64,000 nucleotides of DNA from Prasinococcaceae sp. CCMP 1430 (lineage: Eukaryota; Plantae; Prasinodermophyta): the NCBI GenBank assembly GCA_013416795.1, contig RQSC01000028.1, positions 462,483 through 526,482 on the forward strand. The letters are read 5' to 3'. The position numbers and the translations under genes were made by a program. The notes beneath the pieces are model-generated. The model saw nothing but the letters and a program-made list of their open reading frames with translations. It ran no database searches and was not told the DNA's origin. Positions 19,886 to 31,333 of this stretch are shown in pieces (position 1 is the stretch's first letter; each line of letters starts with the position of its first letter).

Positions 19886-21823
19886 TCAAAATGCGGCTGG
19901 CCGCCCGCCCTTCCGCCGATCGGAGACAGCGTGCAACCTGCCACTGCTGCCCTCGACGGCGATGAGCTGGCAAACGCCCACGGACTCTGTGGGCACGACC
20001 TCGTGTCCCCTTTGCTCCAGGCCTTGGCGCACCTTCTGCGCCACAGATATCACGGTCCCGTCGGCCAGCGTGCGGTCCTCCACCATGCACTCGTTCGGGA
20101 TGAGTTGGTCGTGAATGCGCGGTGCATGCACGGCGTCGTACGCGCTGTCTCCCAGCAGAAGCAAGCGAACGAGCGCCTGCATGGTCGCGGATATGATGCG
20201 CGGACCGCCGGACGCTCCAACCACGACTTTCTTGCCGTCGGCGCGCGTGAAGACCGTGGGTGACATGCTCGAGAGCGGCCGCTTGCCAGGCGCCACGAAG
20301 TTGGCCTCGCTTGGTGCGAGCCCGTAAGCGTTCACCTGGCCGGGCGTGGAGAAGTCGTCCATTTCGTTGTTGAGCACGATTCCGGTCGACTCGCTGATCA
20401 CTTTGCTCCCGAAGTGTGTGTTTATTGTCGTGGTCATCGCTGCTGCGTTCCCCTGCGCGTCCACGATGCTCAGGTGAGATGTTCCGTGGTCCTCAGGGAG
20501 CTGGTTCCACTCGCCCCCGTACTGCGTGAGGTTGAGGACGGCGGCGTCCGAGGTTTGCGCTCGCAGGGCGGCGTTGAAGTCGGCGTCGGACATGTCGGCG
20601 AGTACCGCCGTCACGTTGGGCGCGTACGCCGGGTCTCCCAGCGCCATCCTCGATGCGAAGGCGTGTTTGAGGGCCTCGGCCAGCCGATGGGCGCGCAGGC
20701 TGGCGTCAACGCCGACGAGCGGCGACTCGTAACCCCCGATAATTGAGAGCGCTTGGATGATGGTGGCCCCGCCACTCGATGGCGGTGGGACACCGTAGAG
20801 CGTGCCACCGAGCACACTGGCGCTCAGAGGCGCGCGGATCGTCGGCTCGTACTGCGTGAGGTCAGCTTCAGTCATGATCCCGCCCGCCGCACGAATCTCG
20901 GCGGTGAGCGTACGCGCAACGTCGTCAGAGTACAGGGCGGCACGCGGGCCGAGCGCGCCCACGCGCCTCAGCGTGGCGGCAAGCTCGGGGCGCCGCAGAA
21001 CGTCGCCCTCGCCAAGCGGCTGCCCGCTGCCAGCGTCGTGGAAGAATGGCCGCGATGCAACCGGCGAGGTCTGGCGCAGGCTCTCGCCGCTCCCCGCGAG
21101 GGCCGCGGCGAGCGAGGGCCCGACGGTCATCTCCTCGGCGAGCGCCGCCGCGGGCTCGCACAGCTCTGCCCACTCCTTGTTTCCGTGGCGCGACCAGAGC
21201 GTGTGTAGCCCGAGCAGCTCGCCTGGGACGGCCACGGCAGCACCGCCAACGAGCGAGCGGTCGGATGCGTTCACGTACATATCTCTGTGAGCAGCCGCCG
21301 GCGCTTTTTCGCGCGAGTCGATCACCTCGACGCCCACCCCCGCATCGCCGCCCGCCTCGATGCTCGCCGCGGGCGCATACAGCGCAAACGCGCCACCGCC
21401 GATGCCAGATGAGTGCGGGTGCACCACTCCGAGGCAAAGCGCAGCGGCGACAGCAGCATCGGCTGCGCCACCGCCGTCGCGCAGCACTTTGAGCCCCACA
21501 TCGCTGCAGCGGTGATCGTCGGTTGCGACCGCAGCGACGTCTCCGAGCGCCTCCTCGGGCTGCAGCCCGGGCACCGCCGTAGCTGCGCCACCGTCGCCAC
21601 CGCCCCCGGCGGTGGCCGCCCAGCCCACCAGCGCGCCCGCGCCGAACGCCGCTACTGCGGCGGCCGCCACAGCGACCACCCCGACCCTTCCCCCTCGCCT
21701 GCCTGACGTCTCCCAGGCGGCTACGCCGGTGAAGCTGCTCTCGCCGCCGGCGAGCGCCACGCGCTCTTCCTCGGCGGCGGCGGCGGCGGCAGACGCGGCG
21801 CTCAGCTCCACCACCTGCGCCAT
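19886..21823 (-). CDS. GGT: Gamma-glutamyl transpeptidase / glutathione hydrolase, type II membrane protein
   Basis: N-terminal TM segment, AALCLGVVHPHSSGIGGGAF, VIDSREKAP, PPPSSGG, nucleophile DHGTSHLSIVD, LNNEMDDFS, KRPLSSMSP, GASGGPRII, SDRRKGG. ATG at 21823. Confidence 0.94.
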   Translation of the reverse strand: MAQVVELSAASAAAAAAEEERVALAGGESSFTGVAAWETSGRRGGRVGVVAVAAAAVAAFGAGALVGWAATAGGGGDGGAATAVPGLQPEEALGDVAAVATDDHRCSDVGLKVLRDGGGAADAAVAAALCLGVVHPHSSGIGGGAFALYAPAASIEAGGDAGVGVEVIDSREKAPAAAHRDMYVNASDRSLVGGAAVAVPGELLGLHTLWSRHGNKEWAELCEPAAALAEEMTVGPSLAAALAGSGESLRQTSPVASRPFFHDAGSGQPLGEGDVLRRPELAATLRRVGALGPRAALYSDDVARTLTAEIRAAGGIMTEADLTQYEPTIRAPLSASVLGGTLYGVPPPSSGGATIIQALSIIGGYESPLVGVDASLRAHRLAEALKHAFASRMALGDPAYAPNVTAVLADMSDADFNAALRAQTSDAAVLNLTQYGGEWNQLPEDHGTSHLSIVDAQGNAAAMTTTINTHFGSKVISESTGIVLNNEMDDFSTPGQVNAYGLAPSEANFVAPGKRPLSSMSPTVFTRADGKKVVVGASGGPRIISATMQALVRLLLLGDSAYDAVHAPRIHDQLIPNECMVEDRTLADGTVISVAQKVRQGLEQRGHEVVPTESVGVCQLIAVEGSSGRLHAVSDRRKGGRPAAF

Positions 21824-22178
21824 CGCGGCGGAGCAAGCCGTCGGCCGCCCGCCCGCAGGCCGGCGACCTGATGTGGCACCGGCGCGTGCCCCCGCCGGCC
21901 CCCCGGCCGTGCTCGCGGGCGCATCACCGGCGCGGCATCCCCCTGCGCATGGCTCCAGCTGCAGGCGCAGGAAATTTCGAACCCTATTCAAACGACTCAA
22001 TAACCGTAACCACCGTTCCCCCAGCGCGCGCGTTCGCTCGCCGTTGCCCCAAGCCGTAGGGGACGGCTGCGGCGGGCTCCTGAGGCGCGGGGGGATGCAG
22101 ACAGAGCGTGTGGCGGGCGCGGCGCGCCACAGAACGCGAGCCAAACGATGCGAGCACTGGCGAAGGACGCGGGGCGAA

Positions 22179-23310
22179 ATGGTGCTCCGCGCGGTGGGCG
22201 CGGCAGCGGCCACGCGCGGCCGAGTGCGGTGGGCTGCCGCCGCGCTGGTGCTGCTCGTCGCTTGCGCCGTGGGCTGCGCATCAGAGCGAGCAGAGGCGGG
22301 GGGGCACACCATCGAGCTCAGACCGGATGGCCAGGGAAACATGCAGGTGAGTGCGCGCGCTTCTTTCCTTCCGCGTCGCAGCACGGCACGGGACGGGTGC
22401 ATGGGGCGGCCCGACGCTCCGCGGCTCGTGCGGCGCCACTTGAGCTTGCGAGTGGGACCGAGTGCTACAGGCTGAGCGCGAGTGCGTTGTCTAGCAAGAG
22501 CGCACGCCGGCCTCGCGTGCTGATGCACGGCGCCACATGGTGGCGACCCGATTGCCACTGGATGCGCGGTGCGCACCGTAGGGAAGGCTCGGGAGCATCG
22601 ACCCCGGGGAAATTTACGGCCTCGTGGTCATCTCCGCCGAGAGGGAAGGCAAAGACATCGACGAGCAGCTTGAGAAGATACGCGGGGGGGTGCCTTTCCT
22701 AGACAAGTGGCTCAAGTGCGTTCAGGCGCGATAGATGCCAAGTCCGTAGGCAAGAGAAGCGCGTCTGGCGCCGTCACTGTAGGGCGCGACGCTCCAGGCC
22801 ACAAATTCGGGTCCAGTGCCTCGAGCCCCTGCGTGCGACGCGCGCTGACTTTGCGCGCGCTTGCTCATGCTTGATCACCTGGCTCACAGGACCGCCACAG
22901 AGGCGGAGAAGGCTCAGGCGGTTTTCAAGGCGCGCGACAATATCTATGAGAACCCTGACAAAGACGACCCCAACAAAATGGATCTCAACGACATCGTTGA
23001 GAAGCGCGCTGAGAACGTGAGTGAGCACTCGAGCCACCGCGATGAATGCACGCGCTCATACGATCGTGGCACGCGCGCGCGCTTGTGGCGTGCACGCTTG
23101 CGCGTATGCGTGCTGCTGCCGATTGGTGCACTGACGCCAGAGCGCACACCTCGCCTGCTCCGAATTCTGGGAAACACTCAGGCGGCGCCCAAGCCAGTGA
23201 AGGCAAAAACGAGAAGGAAATTCCGCAAGGGGCGTGGTGACAAGGCCAAGGCTACAGGCCCGGCAGATGAAGAGAGGACTGACGACAGAGCGCGCGACGA
23301 CGAGCTCTGA
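22179..23310 (+). CDS. Hypothetical multi-exon protein with a signal peptide/anchor; exon structure tentative
   Basis: Exon 22179-22346 (MVLRAVG...AAAALVLLVACAVGCA...GNMQ|GTGAGT). Coding-like blocks at about 22585-22685 (PGEIYGLVVISAEREGKDIDEQLEK) and 22890-23016 (EAEKAQAVFKARDNIYENPDKDDPNKMDLNDIVEK...|GTGAGT). Last exon about 23181-23310. Confidence 0.45.
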
Positions 23311-23478
23311 GAGCGGCCCGGGCGGCGCGCGTTGAGACAGTGCAGAGTGAGAAGTGCGCACGGCGCAGACTACGAGCGCGCCGGGCGTGTGTGTGGCCGT
23401 TGTTCTGAAGGTCTGCCGTTCAATGCGACTTTGCGCGGTGTCGCAAGACTCTCTTTCTAGCTAGTGACTGTGACGCCA

Positions 23479-25797
23479 CTAGTCCGGGCCCATCTGCTCC
23501 AGGCGTTTGACGATCTCATTTGCACTTGGGCGTTCGTGATGGTCTCTCCTGAGGCAATCAGCGCAGAGCTGTTGCAGCTTCTCGTCGACCGGTGCCATGC
23601 CCTCCTCTTGCGTCACGGGAAGGTGCTCACCACGGAACGCGACGGCGGCGATCACCTGTGCCGGTAGCCTGCCCGCCCAAGGCTTCTGCAGGGTGAGCAT
23701 TTCCCAGCACACCACGCCAAACGAATACACGTCTGCCGCCGTAGTGTGCGCGAGCTCGCGCCCCAACATGACCTCCGGCGCCTGATACTGCGGTGTTCCT
23801 CCGACGGTTGACGACGCGACGCCCCCGGCGGTCGCCATTGTTGCACAGACAGTGTAGGCGAGGTTGAAATCCGTCAGCTTTGGTCGCTTCGACTGGTCCA
23901 AAAGGATGTTGCTTGACTTGATGTCCATGTGCAAAACGACGGGCCTCCGGCTGTGAAGGTAGGCCAGACCCCGCGCCACTCCAAGCGCCACCGCCCGTCG
24001 CCAGACCTTTGAGGGTTGCTCGTGACGCTCTGCGAGCCTTCTGAGCTCTCCGTACAGCGAGCCCCGCGGGCAAAACTCCATAACTATTAGCAGGTCGGGA
24101 GGTATCGCGCAGTAGCCCATGAACAGGCTGTTCCCGGCAGTGCGTGTCAAATGTGTGTTTGTCTTCGTGTAAGCACTGGCACTGCATGGTGCATGCAACA
24201 TTTGCATCACCGCCCTTCAGCGCGCGCGCCCGCGCGACGCGCGCCCTTTCATCACGCACCACAGGTTTGGGTGCCGCAGTCGCTTCAGCGTTCTGACCTC
24301 TGAACGGAAGGTCTCCACCAGACTTTCATTTTGTAGGTCATCTGCATCGAGGTTGTGCGTGAAGATGCGTTTCACGGCCACTGGAACACCCTGGTACCTC
24401 GCCTTGAAGACTTCGCTGAAGCCGCCGACGGCCACGCGGTCCAGAAGGTCGAGCTCGTGCGGGCTTATCTCGAGGTTTGGGTCCACGCTCATCACACGCC
24501 GCAGAGGTACCGAATCATCGATGGTCGGCTGCGTTGGCATCGACGACTGCCTGGTGTGCGATGGACCGGCCTCGTCGCTTCCTGGCGTGAGCGCGGACGA
24601 CGGGACCTCTGCGATCTCGACGCCGACACTGCTGCTGCGATGCACGACCTCGCGCACGTCAGGAGACGTGACTCCCCCTTCTTCAGCAGCGCCTACGTTC
24701 TTGAAATTCCTGGCGGCTTCCCTTCGGGCGGCGACGCGACTTTTCAGCTTGCCGAAAAAGACGAGCGCTGGCACGTGTGTTCGCCACCGCGAGAGGCGCT
24801 GTTGAGCCCTGCGCGAAACACAGTCACCCCCGGCGCTCCCCGTCTCCAGTATCGCGCGCGCGAGGGATCGCCTTCCCCGTGGCGGAGAGGCGATCCCTCT
24901 TCGTTCTTCAAGTTCCGCCGCCGCCGCCGCCGCTCTCGAGAAATTGCCCGCAGTCCTGGTCAGCGCTCCTCCATGCTGGGGTGGATCAATCGCCGATCTC
25001 CTCGCGCCGAGGGGCGCGTTCACCTCGTCAGGCACCGCTGGCGCTGAGTCGTGATCCGACGATGATCCAGCAATAGCAGAGCCCGCGGGGGCGGCGCTCA
25101 GGCGAGGCGACGTGCATATTCCCTCCGTGTCGAGCATATCCCCGGCGAGCAGCGCCCTCGTTCTTTCGCTGGTGGTCCTGCGCAACATCGGTCGCACAGG
25201 TCGTCGGCTCTCGTTCTCTGCGTCGGGCGCGTCCGGGGCCTCGGGTGCCTTGGCAGCCAGCACCTCGGTCGGCGCCGACGCGCTTGACAGCTCATCACAC
25301 AACTGGGCGCACTCCTCATGCGACCTAAAATGCGCCCGGAAAGTGCGTGTGACGGTGACGTCGAGCGTATTGGGCTGGCCATCGACCCCACATGCGCGGA
25401 CTGCGGGTGCGCCCAGGTTGGTCACCCGCAGCGGACGCGGCAGGTGCTCTGGCAGCAACGCGACGCCGTCGGTGAGAGCGCTGTTGCCCGCATCAACATC
25501 GTCGTCATCACCACAGACGCGATCGGGCTGCGCGCGTCCCTCGCCCGCGCCGTCGCTGCTGCTGTTGGACGGGGTTGAGCCTGCCACGGCGAACGCTCTT
25601 GCGCCACCCGCCGGCGTCGGCGGACTGTGGGGAGACGCGACGCCGGGCGAGGCCACCACGGTGCCTCGCGCGGCGCGGCCGCATCCATCAGTCGTCAGGT
25701 GGTCATACGCATTCTCCTGTGGCGCGCCGCCCGCGCCTGGCTGGGGGCATGCCCGCTTTTTCTCGGCAAGCACCGCTGGCTCTTGCTGCGGATCCAT
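23479..25797 (-). CDS. Raf-like MAP3K/TKL protein kinase; intron 24128-24259
   Basis: AVGGFSEVFK, VAVK, LRHPNLC|LFMGYC, HMDIKSSNILL, DFNLA, GGTPQYQAPE, DVYSFGVVCWE. GT-AG intron. Confidence 0.9.
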
Positions 25798-26094
25798 CTG
25801 TCGGGCACACGGCGGTGCCCCCCTTCACAGCGCGCGGCGCGCGGCCACCCCACCCACCCCTCGCGCCGCGCCTTCGTGCGTGGCCGCCCTCCCGCGCGCC
25901 ACCGGGCAGCGCCTCCCCCTCCCCCCCCTCCCCCCCCTTCCCTCCTTCCCCCGTCCGCCGCGGCCCGCCCGCGCGCCACGCAGCGCCCCCCGCGCGCGCT
26001 GTGGCCCCAACAATGTCAGAAACGAGAACACCTCCCCGCACCGGCAAGAAGCTTCCTCTCTGTTGAAGAAGGAAAGCACGCTCCAGATCGAGGG

Positions 26095-26144
26095 GTACCA
26101 TCGATGGTACTGTACCATCTGATGGTACAGCACCATCATGGCAC
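26095..26144. repeat. Tandem array of three GTACCATC..ATGGTAC palindromes in a divergent promoter
   Basis: GTACCATCGATGGTAC (perfect, 26095-26110), TGTACCATC-T-GATGGTACA (26111-26129), and degenerate GCACCATCATGGCAC. Confidence 0.8.
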
Positions 26145-26474
26145 AGCAGGGTTTTGTTTTTTGCTTTTCTTTCCCTTTTTGGGTGAGGGTTTCGAATCCA
26201 ACAATGTCAATGTCTCGTCCGGGGCGCGAGCAACACACGATCTCGCCTGGGCGCGCCCGACCGAGAGTGGGGAGTCCCGAAGTCTGGCCGCCGATCGCGG
26301 CGCGATCCGAATCCAGACGGGCCTGAAACCACAACTCCAATGTGTATCAAAGAGCGAGCGAAAACGCACCTCACACATTTTTCGCGCGCACGCGCACAAG
26401 GCGGCGCGGCGTCCGGCGGTCACCGCCTGGCCGCTCATCCTCATCGGCTGTGCCAGCTGCCGATCCGGAGGTGT

Positions 26475-26534
26475 GGTTCTGGTTCTGGTTCTGGTTCTGG
26501 GGCTGGGGCTGGGGCAGGGGCTGGGGCTGGGGCT
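26475..26534 (+). repeat. Compound hexamer microsatellite (GGTTCT)4(GGGGCT)~6
   Basis: Read directly from the sequence, upstream of the CDPK start. Confidence 0.85.
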
Positions 26535-26817
26535 GCCTTCCGAAGGGTCGATTGCACTCCGCGGTGTTCCACCCCGCACGCATTCGGAGGTCAAAAAAGA
26601 CTGCAAGGCCGGCGGAGCGCCATGCGAATCCGGGGCGCGAAAAAGCGCGCGGCGAAAAGCGCGTGGAGGGGAGGGGAAGCGCGCGGGGCCGGGCGCGGCG
26701 GGTCCCACAGCGCGCCCGCCCGGCCGAGGGGGGGACCCGGCGGCCGCGAGGCGTCGCCCGGTGGCCTCCTGCGGCAGATCGCCGCTGCTGGCTGGTGGTG
26801 GCGTGGGGGTGAGAGGC

Positions 26818-28873
26818 ATGGGGGGTGCCGGCTCGCGGCTCGCGGACTGCGGGCGGACGCCGGAGACAGCGAGCGACCGCGGTGGGCGCAATGGAGAGAA
26901 GACCGGCGGGAGGAGCGGCAAGGCCTCGTCGGCGGCCTCGTCGGAGCGGCGCGCGGTGCGCAAGGGGTCGAGCTCGAGCGGGACGCGCGCCGACTTTCAC
27001 AGGAAGTACACCACGGGCGAGGTGCTGGGGAAGGGAGCGTTCGGCAGCGCGGTCATCGCGACGCGGAAGAATAGCGGCAAGCGGTACGCTGCGAAGACCA
27101 TCCTCAAGTCCAAGCTGCGCACGAAGGAGGACATGGAAGGCGTCAGAGCAGAGATCGCGATTCAGCGCCACCTGACGGGCGCGAAGAATGTCGTGGGAAT
27201 GCGCGAGTTCTTTGAGGACCGCCACGCGTTCGTGCTCGTGATGGACCTGTGCACCGGCGGGGAGTTGTTCGATCACATTGTTAAGCAGCACCACTATTCG
27301 GAGCGCGACGGCGCGCGCATCGTCCGCATGATGCTCAAGGCGGTGGCGCACTGCCACGAGCTCTTCGTGGCTCATCGCGACATCAAGCCCGAAAACTTCC
27401 TTTTTGAGAGCGACAGGCCTGACGCCGAGCTCAAGTGCGTCCCTCGAGGCCTAAGCACGCCGAGAGCACCCGCGCCCCATCGCCCCGCAGCTTCTGTGAG
27501 GCGATTTTGTGCTGACCGGTGCGCGCCCGCACGTGCACACATTCGCCTCGGCTTAGGCTGATAGACTTTGGGTTGTCATCTTTCTTCAAGCGAGACGGTT
27601 CTCCCTTCAGGGACACCGTGGGCACGGCATACTACATCGCACCGGTACGCCTGCGCCCGCGAGCGCTGCGAGCCCCCGCCGCCACGAGCGGCCTGAGGTG
27701 TGCTGACAACCCGACGGCGTCCGGCCGATGGCGCGTTCAACATGCTCCGACGTCTCGACGCGCTGCGCGTCAACTATGGCGGACTCGCGGCGGTTGCTAC
27801 GCGTATCAATAGGAGGTGATCCGCGGCGCCTCAGGCCCCGCGTCAGACGTCTGGTCGCTGGGCGTCCTCACGTACGTCATCTTGTGTGGACGCCCCCCCT
27901 TCAACGGCCCAAATGACGCTGCCATCTACAGTGCCATCGAGAAGTTCGACCCAGAGGTCTTCAAGAAGTACAAGTTCAGCAAGCACCCGTGGCCTGAAAT
28001 TTCCGACTCTGGCAAACGCCTGGTGATGCGCATGCTGCAGAAGGACCCCAGGAAGCGACCGATGGCGCTCGAGCTCCTCAACGACCCCTGGGTGCTCGGC
28101 GACGAGGCTCCAGCGAAGCCTCTCGGCACGGAGCTTCAGACGCGCCTCCAGGGGTTTGCTAAGTCGACTCGATTTCGCAAGATGGCGCTGCTCGACGTTG
28201 CAGAGCAGCTCCACCCCGAGGAAATAGAGGGCCTCCGCGCCGTGTTCGAGCGATTCGACGAAGACGGCGATGGCGTCATCACCGTGGAGGAGCTGCAGCA
28301 AGGCCTCGTGGAAGCAGCGCACGGCGCCGCGGGGATCGGGCTCAGCACCGCGGAGATCGCGAAGGTAGACTTGGATGGCAGCGGCGTAATCACCTATGAA
28401 GAGTTCATCGCGAGCACCATCAAGCTCAACCGCGCCACGCAGGAGGATGCGTTGTTGCGCGCATTCGACAGCATCGACCTGGACGGCGACGGCGAAATCT
28501 CGCGCGAAGAACTGCGTTCGCACATACGCTCGCCGAGGGTCTTCGGCGCCGTGCGCTCGTTCGCGGACAGCGAGGAAGCTGTCGACGAGCTCCTAGGCAG
28601 CGCCGACAGTGATGGCGACGGGCGCATCTCGTACGAGGTACGTGGGAAGTTGATCATTTCCTACCAGGAAAGCGATGCACTGCGTCCCGCTGAGATGGCG
28701 CTGACAGCCGGGGGGCGCGCGCCCCCACCGCCCGCGACGGCGACGACCGCCACGTTTTGCAGGAGTTCGTCGCGGTCGTGCGTGGCGCCGAGAGCCTGCC
28801 CACGACCCCTCGCACGCCGCGCGCGCCTAAGGTCGACTGGGAGGCCCCCACCAGGCGCGCCTTGCGTCCTTAG
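26818..28873 (+). CDS. CPK: Calcium-dependent protein kinase (CDPK/CPK); introns 27435-27556, 27645-27812, 28638-28762
   Basis: MGGAGS N-terminus (possible myristoylation), LGKGAFG, HRDIKPEN, K|LIDFG, GTAYYIAP|EV, a junction domain, and four EF-hands (DEDGDGVITVEEL, DLDGSGVITYEEF, DLDGDGEISREEL, DSDGDGRISYE|EF). Confidence 0.95.
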
Positions 28874-29057
28874 AGAATACTAGAGATCAAGGGGCAATGG
28901 CGTGGCGCCTCCGGCTGCCGCATCCAGCTGCCGCGTGCATGAGCGAAAGTGTGAGCCCGCCCCGGGCGTGTCCACCTTCTGGCACGTGCATGCTATTTAC
29001 AAGTGGCGATCGAGAGGGACACACGTCTCCCGTAAGAAAAAGGAGGCGAGTCCTCGC

Positions 29058-30815
29058 TCAGACCGCACCCATGAGCCATGTCTTGTTCGCGTTGAAGCCC
29101 GCCGGGCAGTGAACCTTTTTGTACGCTACCATTGCCGCGTTGAACATGAGCATGGTCTGGCACATTTCGAACACATTCCTGCCCTCCACCAGCATTGTCT
29201 TGAGTCCTTGCGCCTTCTCTCTGTAAATGTTCTTGTCGGCCTCCATGACGTCTATGCCCTGGTTGGGAGCCCACGGCTCCATCAGAAGCGGGTGTGAGCA
29301 TTGCATGACCGTGTTGTCGTCGTTCCTGTACTTGGACCACCCAAAATTGCGATGCGAGGGGTGCGCGAGCCCTTCCAGCGCGGGCGGTTGGTCCGGGTGG
29401 ATCTTGCGCGGCACGCGCAGCGACTGGCAGTAGTGCAGCAGCACAGGCAGCGTTGCGTTGGGGTCTTTGGAGCGGATGGGCCGATGCTCTGGATTGCGGC
29501 ACGGATGGGCATCGTAAAGATCGTCGCCGGGCTCGGCGGTCAGGTAGGTGTTGTCGAACATTTCCCAGCCCTCTGGGAAATAGTGCCAGTTCCCCGCCGG
29601 GTTGTCGCGCTTTATGGGGCCGACTACGGGATCGGATATCATGAACGACTCGAGTCTCGTGAACCTGAGGCCGAGATGGGCTGCGGCCATGCTATATGCG
29701 AACATGTCGCTGAGCAGGCCGCCGTGGCCGTGTGCCTTGGCGGTTCTCCAAGTAGGTGGGGTGAGCTCGGACCACAGCGGCGCGAGCTTCCTCAGGTCAC
29801 CCGCACTCGTCAGATAAGGAGCCCCTATAGAGTAGTAGCGCCACCCGTGCGGTCTGCCCATGGCCGCCTCGCGTTGGCACCCCTCGGTCTCCTCGTCGCC
29901 TCCAAACATCTCCTTGCAGATCTCGACGTACTCGTCGTAGGGTCCGATGGCATAGCCCTGGGCGACGGGGTGCCCAGGACCCGCCACGAGCGACTCGCCC
30001 TCATCGTGCGCGATGCGCCAGCGCTTCGCCCACTCGAGGTTCTCGGGCCTGTTCGAGAGCGGCTTCATGAAGGCCATGTCAGGGTCAAGCACGACGACGA
30101 GGTCGTCATTTGCGGGCGGGTCAATGCTATTCTCCAGCCAGTCCACCAGGCCGTCGGGGCGATTTTGCTGTGGGTAGCTATCGTTCCGAGCGGGCGGCGC
30201 GAAATGAGTCTCGAAGGCCCTCAAGCCGAACGACGGCACCAGGAGCGCCTCCTCGCGCTGCGCGTCGCTCTGGCACCCGCTCACGATGCGCACGAACTTT
30301 CCGCGCTGTTTGACTTCCGACGCCGAGTGCAGCAGCACGACGGACTGCCAGTTCTGGTAGGGCCTGCAGTCCGTGCTGAATACCAGGCGCATTCGATCGT
30401 CGGGATCATAGTACTGCCCGTTGATATCCATGCGGCGTTTCCACCCGGGCCGCTTGCGCTCGTCGTCGCCGCCGATACCAAGGCTGATGTCTCTCTCGAT
30501 GCCCAGCACCTCGGCAACGGATTTGCCCACGTCCGTACGCGCACCGTCTTCACCAACAGCCCCTCCTGATGCAGTGACCTCTTCGGCGCTAGCGCGCCCG
30601 TTGAGGAGGCCGAGCCCACCCGCACGCGTCTCGGCCTTTCCGTCCAAATAGCCGCGGTAGTATGATATGTCGGCGAGGCGCGCACTCTGCAAGGTGTGGT
30701 GCCTGTAGAGCCCGGCGAGCGCGCACGCCAGCACGACCGCCGCCCCGCATCCCGTCCGCAGGGTGGACGCCGCCCCATGCCGCCGGCGCTCGCGGCGCGG
30801 CGCCACCGGCGCCAT
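29058..30815 (-). CDS. Golgi type II glycosyltransferase, hydroxyproline O-arabinosyltransferase / Ser O-galactosyltransferase-like
   Basis: N-terminal TM, VFSTDCRPYQNWQS, RIVSG, NRPDGLVDWL, DxD motif LDPDM, GAPY, SDMFAYSMAAAHLGL. Confidence 0.75.
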   Translation of the reverse strand: MAPVAPRRERRRHGAASTLRTGCGAAVVLACALAGLYRHHTLQSARLADISYYRGYLDGKAETRAGGLGLLNGRASAEEVTASGGAVGEDGARTDVGKSVAEVLGIERDISLGIGGDDERKRPGWKRRMDINGQYYDPDDRMRLVFSTDCRPYQNWQSVVLLHSASEVKQRGKFVRIVSGCQSDAQREEALLVPSFGLRAFETHFAPPARNDSYPQQNRPDGLVDWLENSIDPPANDDLVVVLDPDMAFMKPLSNRPENLEWAKRWRIAHDEGESLVAGPGHPVAQGYAIGPYDEYVEICKEMFGGDEETEGCQREAAMGRPHGWRYYSIGAPYLTSAGDLRKLAPLWSELTPPTWRTAKAHGHGGLLSDMFAYSMAAAHLGLRFTRLESFMISDPVVGPIKRDNPAGNWHYFPEGWEMFDNTYLTAEPGDDLYDAHPCRNPEHRPIRSKDPNATLPVLLHYCQSLRVPRKIHPDQPPALEGLAHPSHRNFGWSKYRNDDNTVMQCSHPLLMEPWAPNQGIDVMEADKNIYREKAQGLKTMLVEGRNVFEMCQTMLMFNAAMVAYKKVHCPAGFNANKTWLMGAV

Positions 30816-31036
30816 CGCGCCTGCTGCCGCCGAGATCGAGCGCCGCGCTCGCACGCCCCAGCGCGCTCGCGCTGTGGCTGCGCCGCGGCGCCGCAGCCAA
30901 CACCTTTTTCGATGGCCGGCGCGCGCGCGCGCGAATGGCTGCCTGCTCGCTGGCGCGCGCTCCGGGCGCATGCGAAATGACCTAAAAAAAGGCCTGTGAA
31001 AAATCGCCAAGGAAAGCTTCGAAAGGCGTGAGATGT

Positions 31037-31044
31037 AAACCCTA
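31037..31044 (+). promoter_or_regulatory. Telo-box AAACCCTA upstream of the glycosyltransferase gene
   Basis: Perfect AAACCCTA, followed by TAACCCT at about 31055. Confidence 0.35.
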
Positions 31045-31333
31045 TTGACATTCTAACCCTGACAATTCGCGCCGCGGGCCCAAACGGAGACGGCGCGACA
31101 CTGACGACTTACACTGCGCTGCAGCTGCTGCTGGCGGCCGGGGCGCGCCGCAGCTGCGCCCGGGGCGCCACGGGGCGCGGCCGGCCACCTGATGCACTGC
31201 GCGGCTGTGCCTGCGCGCGGCCGCGGAGCCCCCGTCGCCGCGCATCGGCGCGAGCTCGCCAGCCCGCCCCCTCTGGCGCGCTCCTCGCTCCGCGCTACGT
31301 GTCCGCGCCCAATCCGCCGACACACGCGCCCCG

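Noticed and set aside
26180-26200. TTCGAATCC T-loop-like word
   Set aside because: The T-stem does not pair and no cloverleaf surrounds it.
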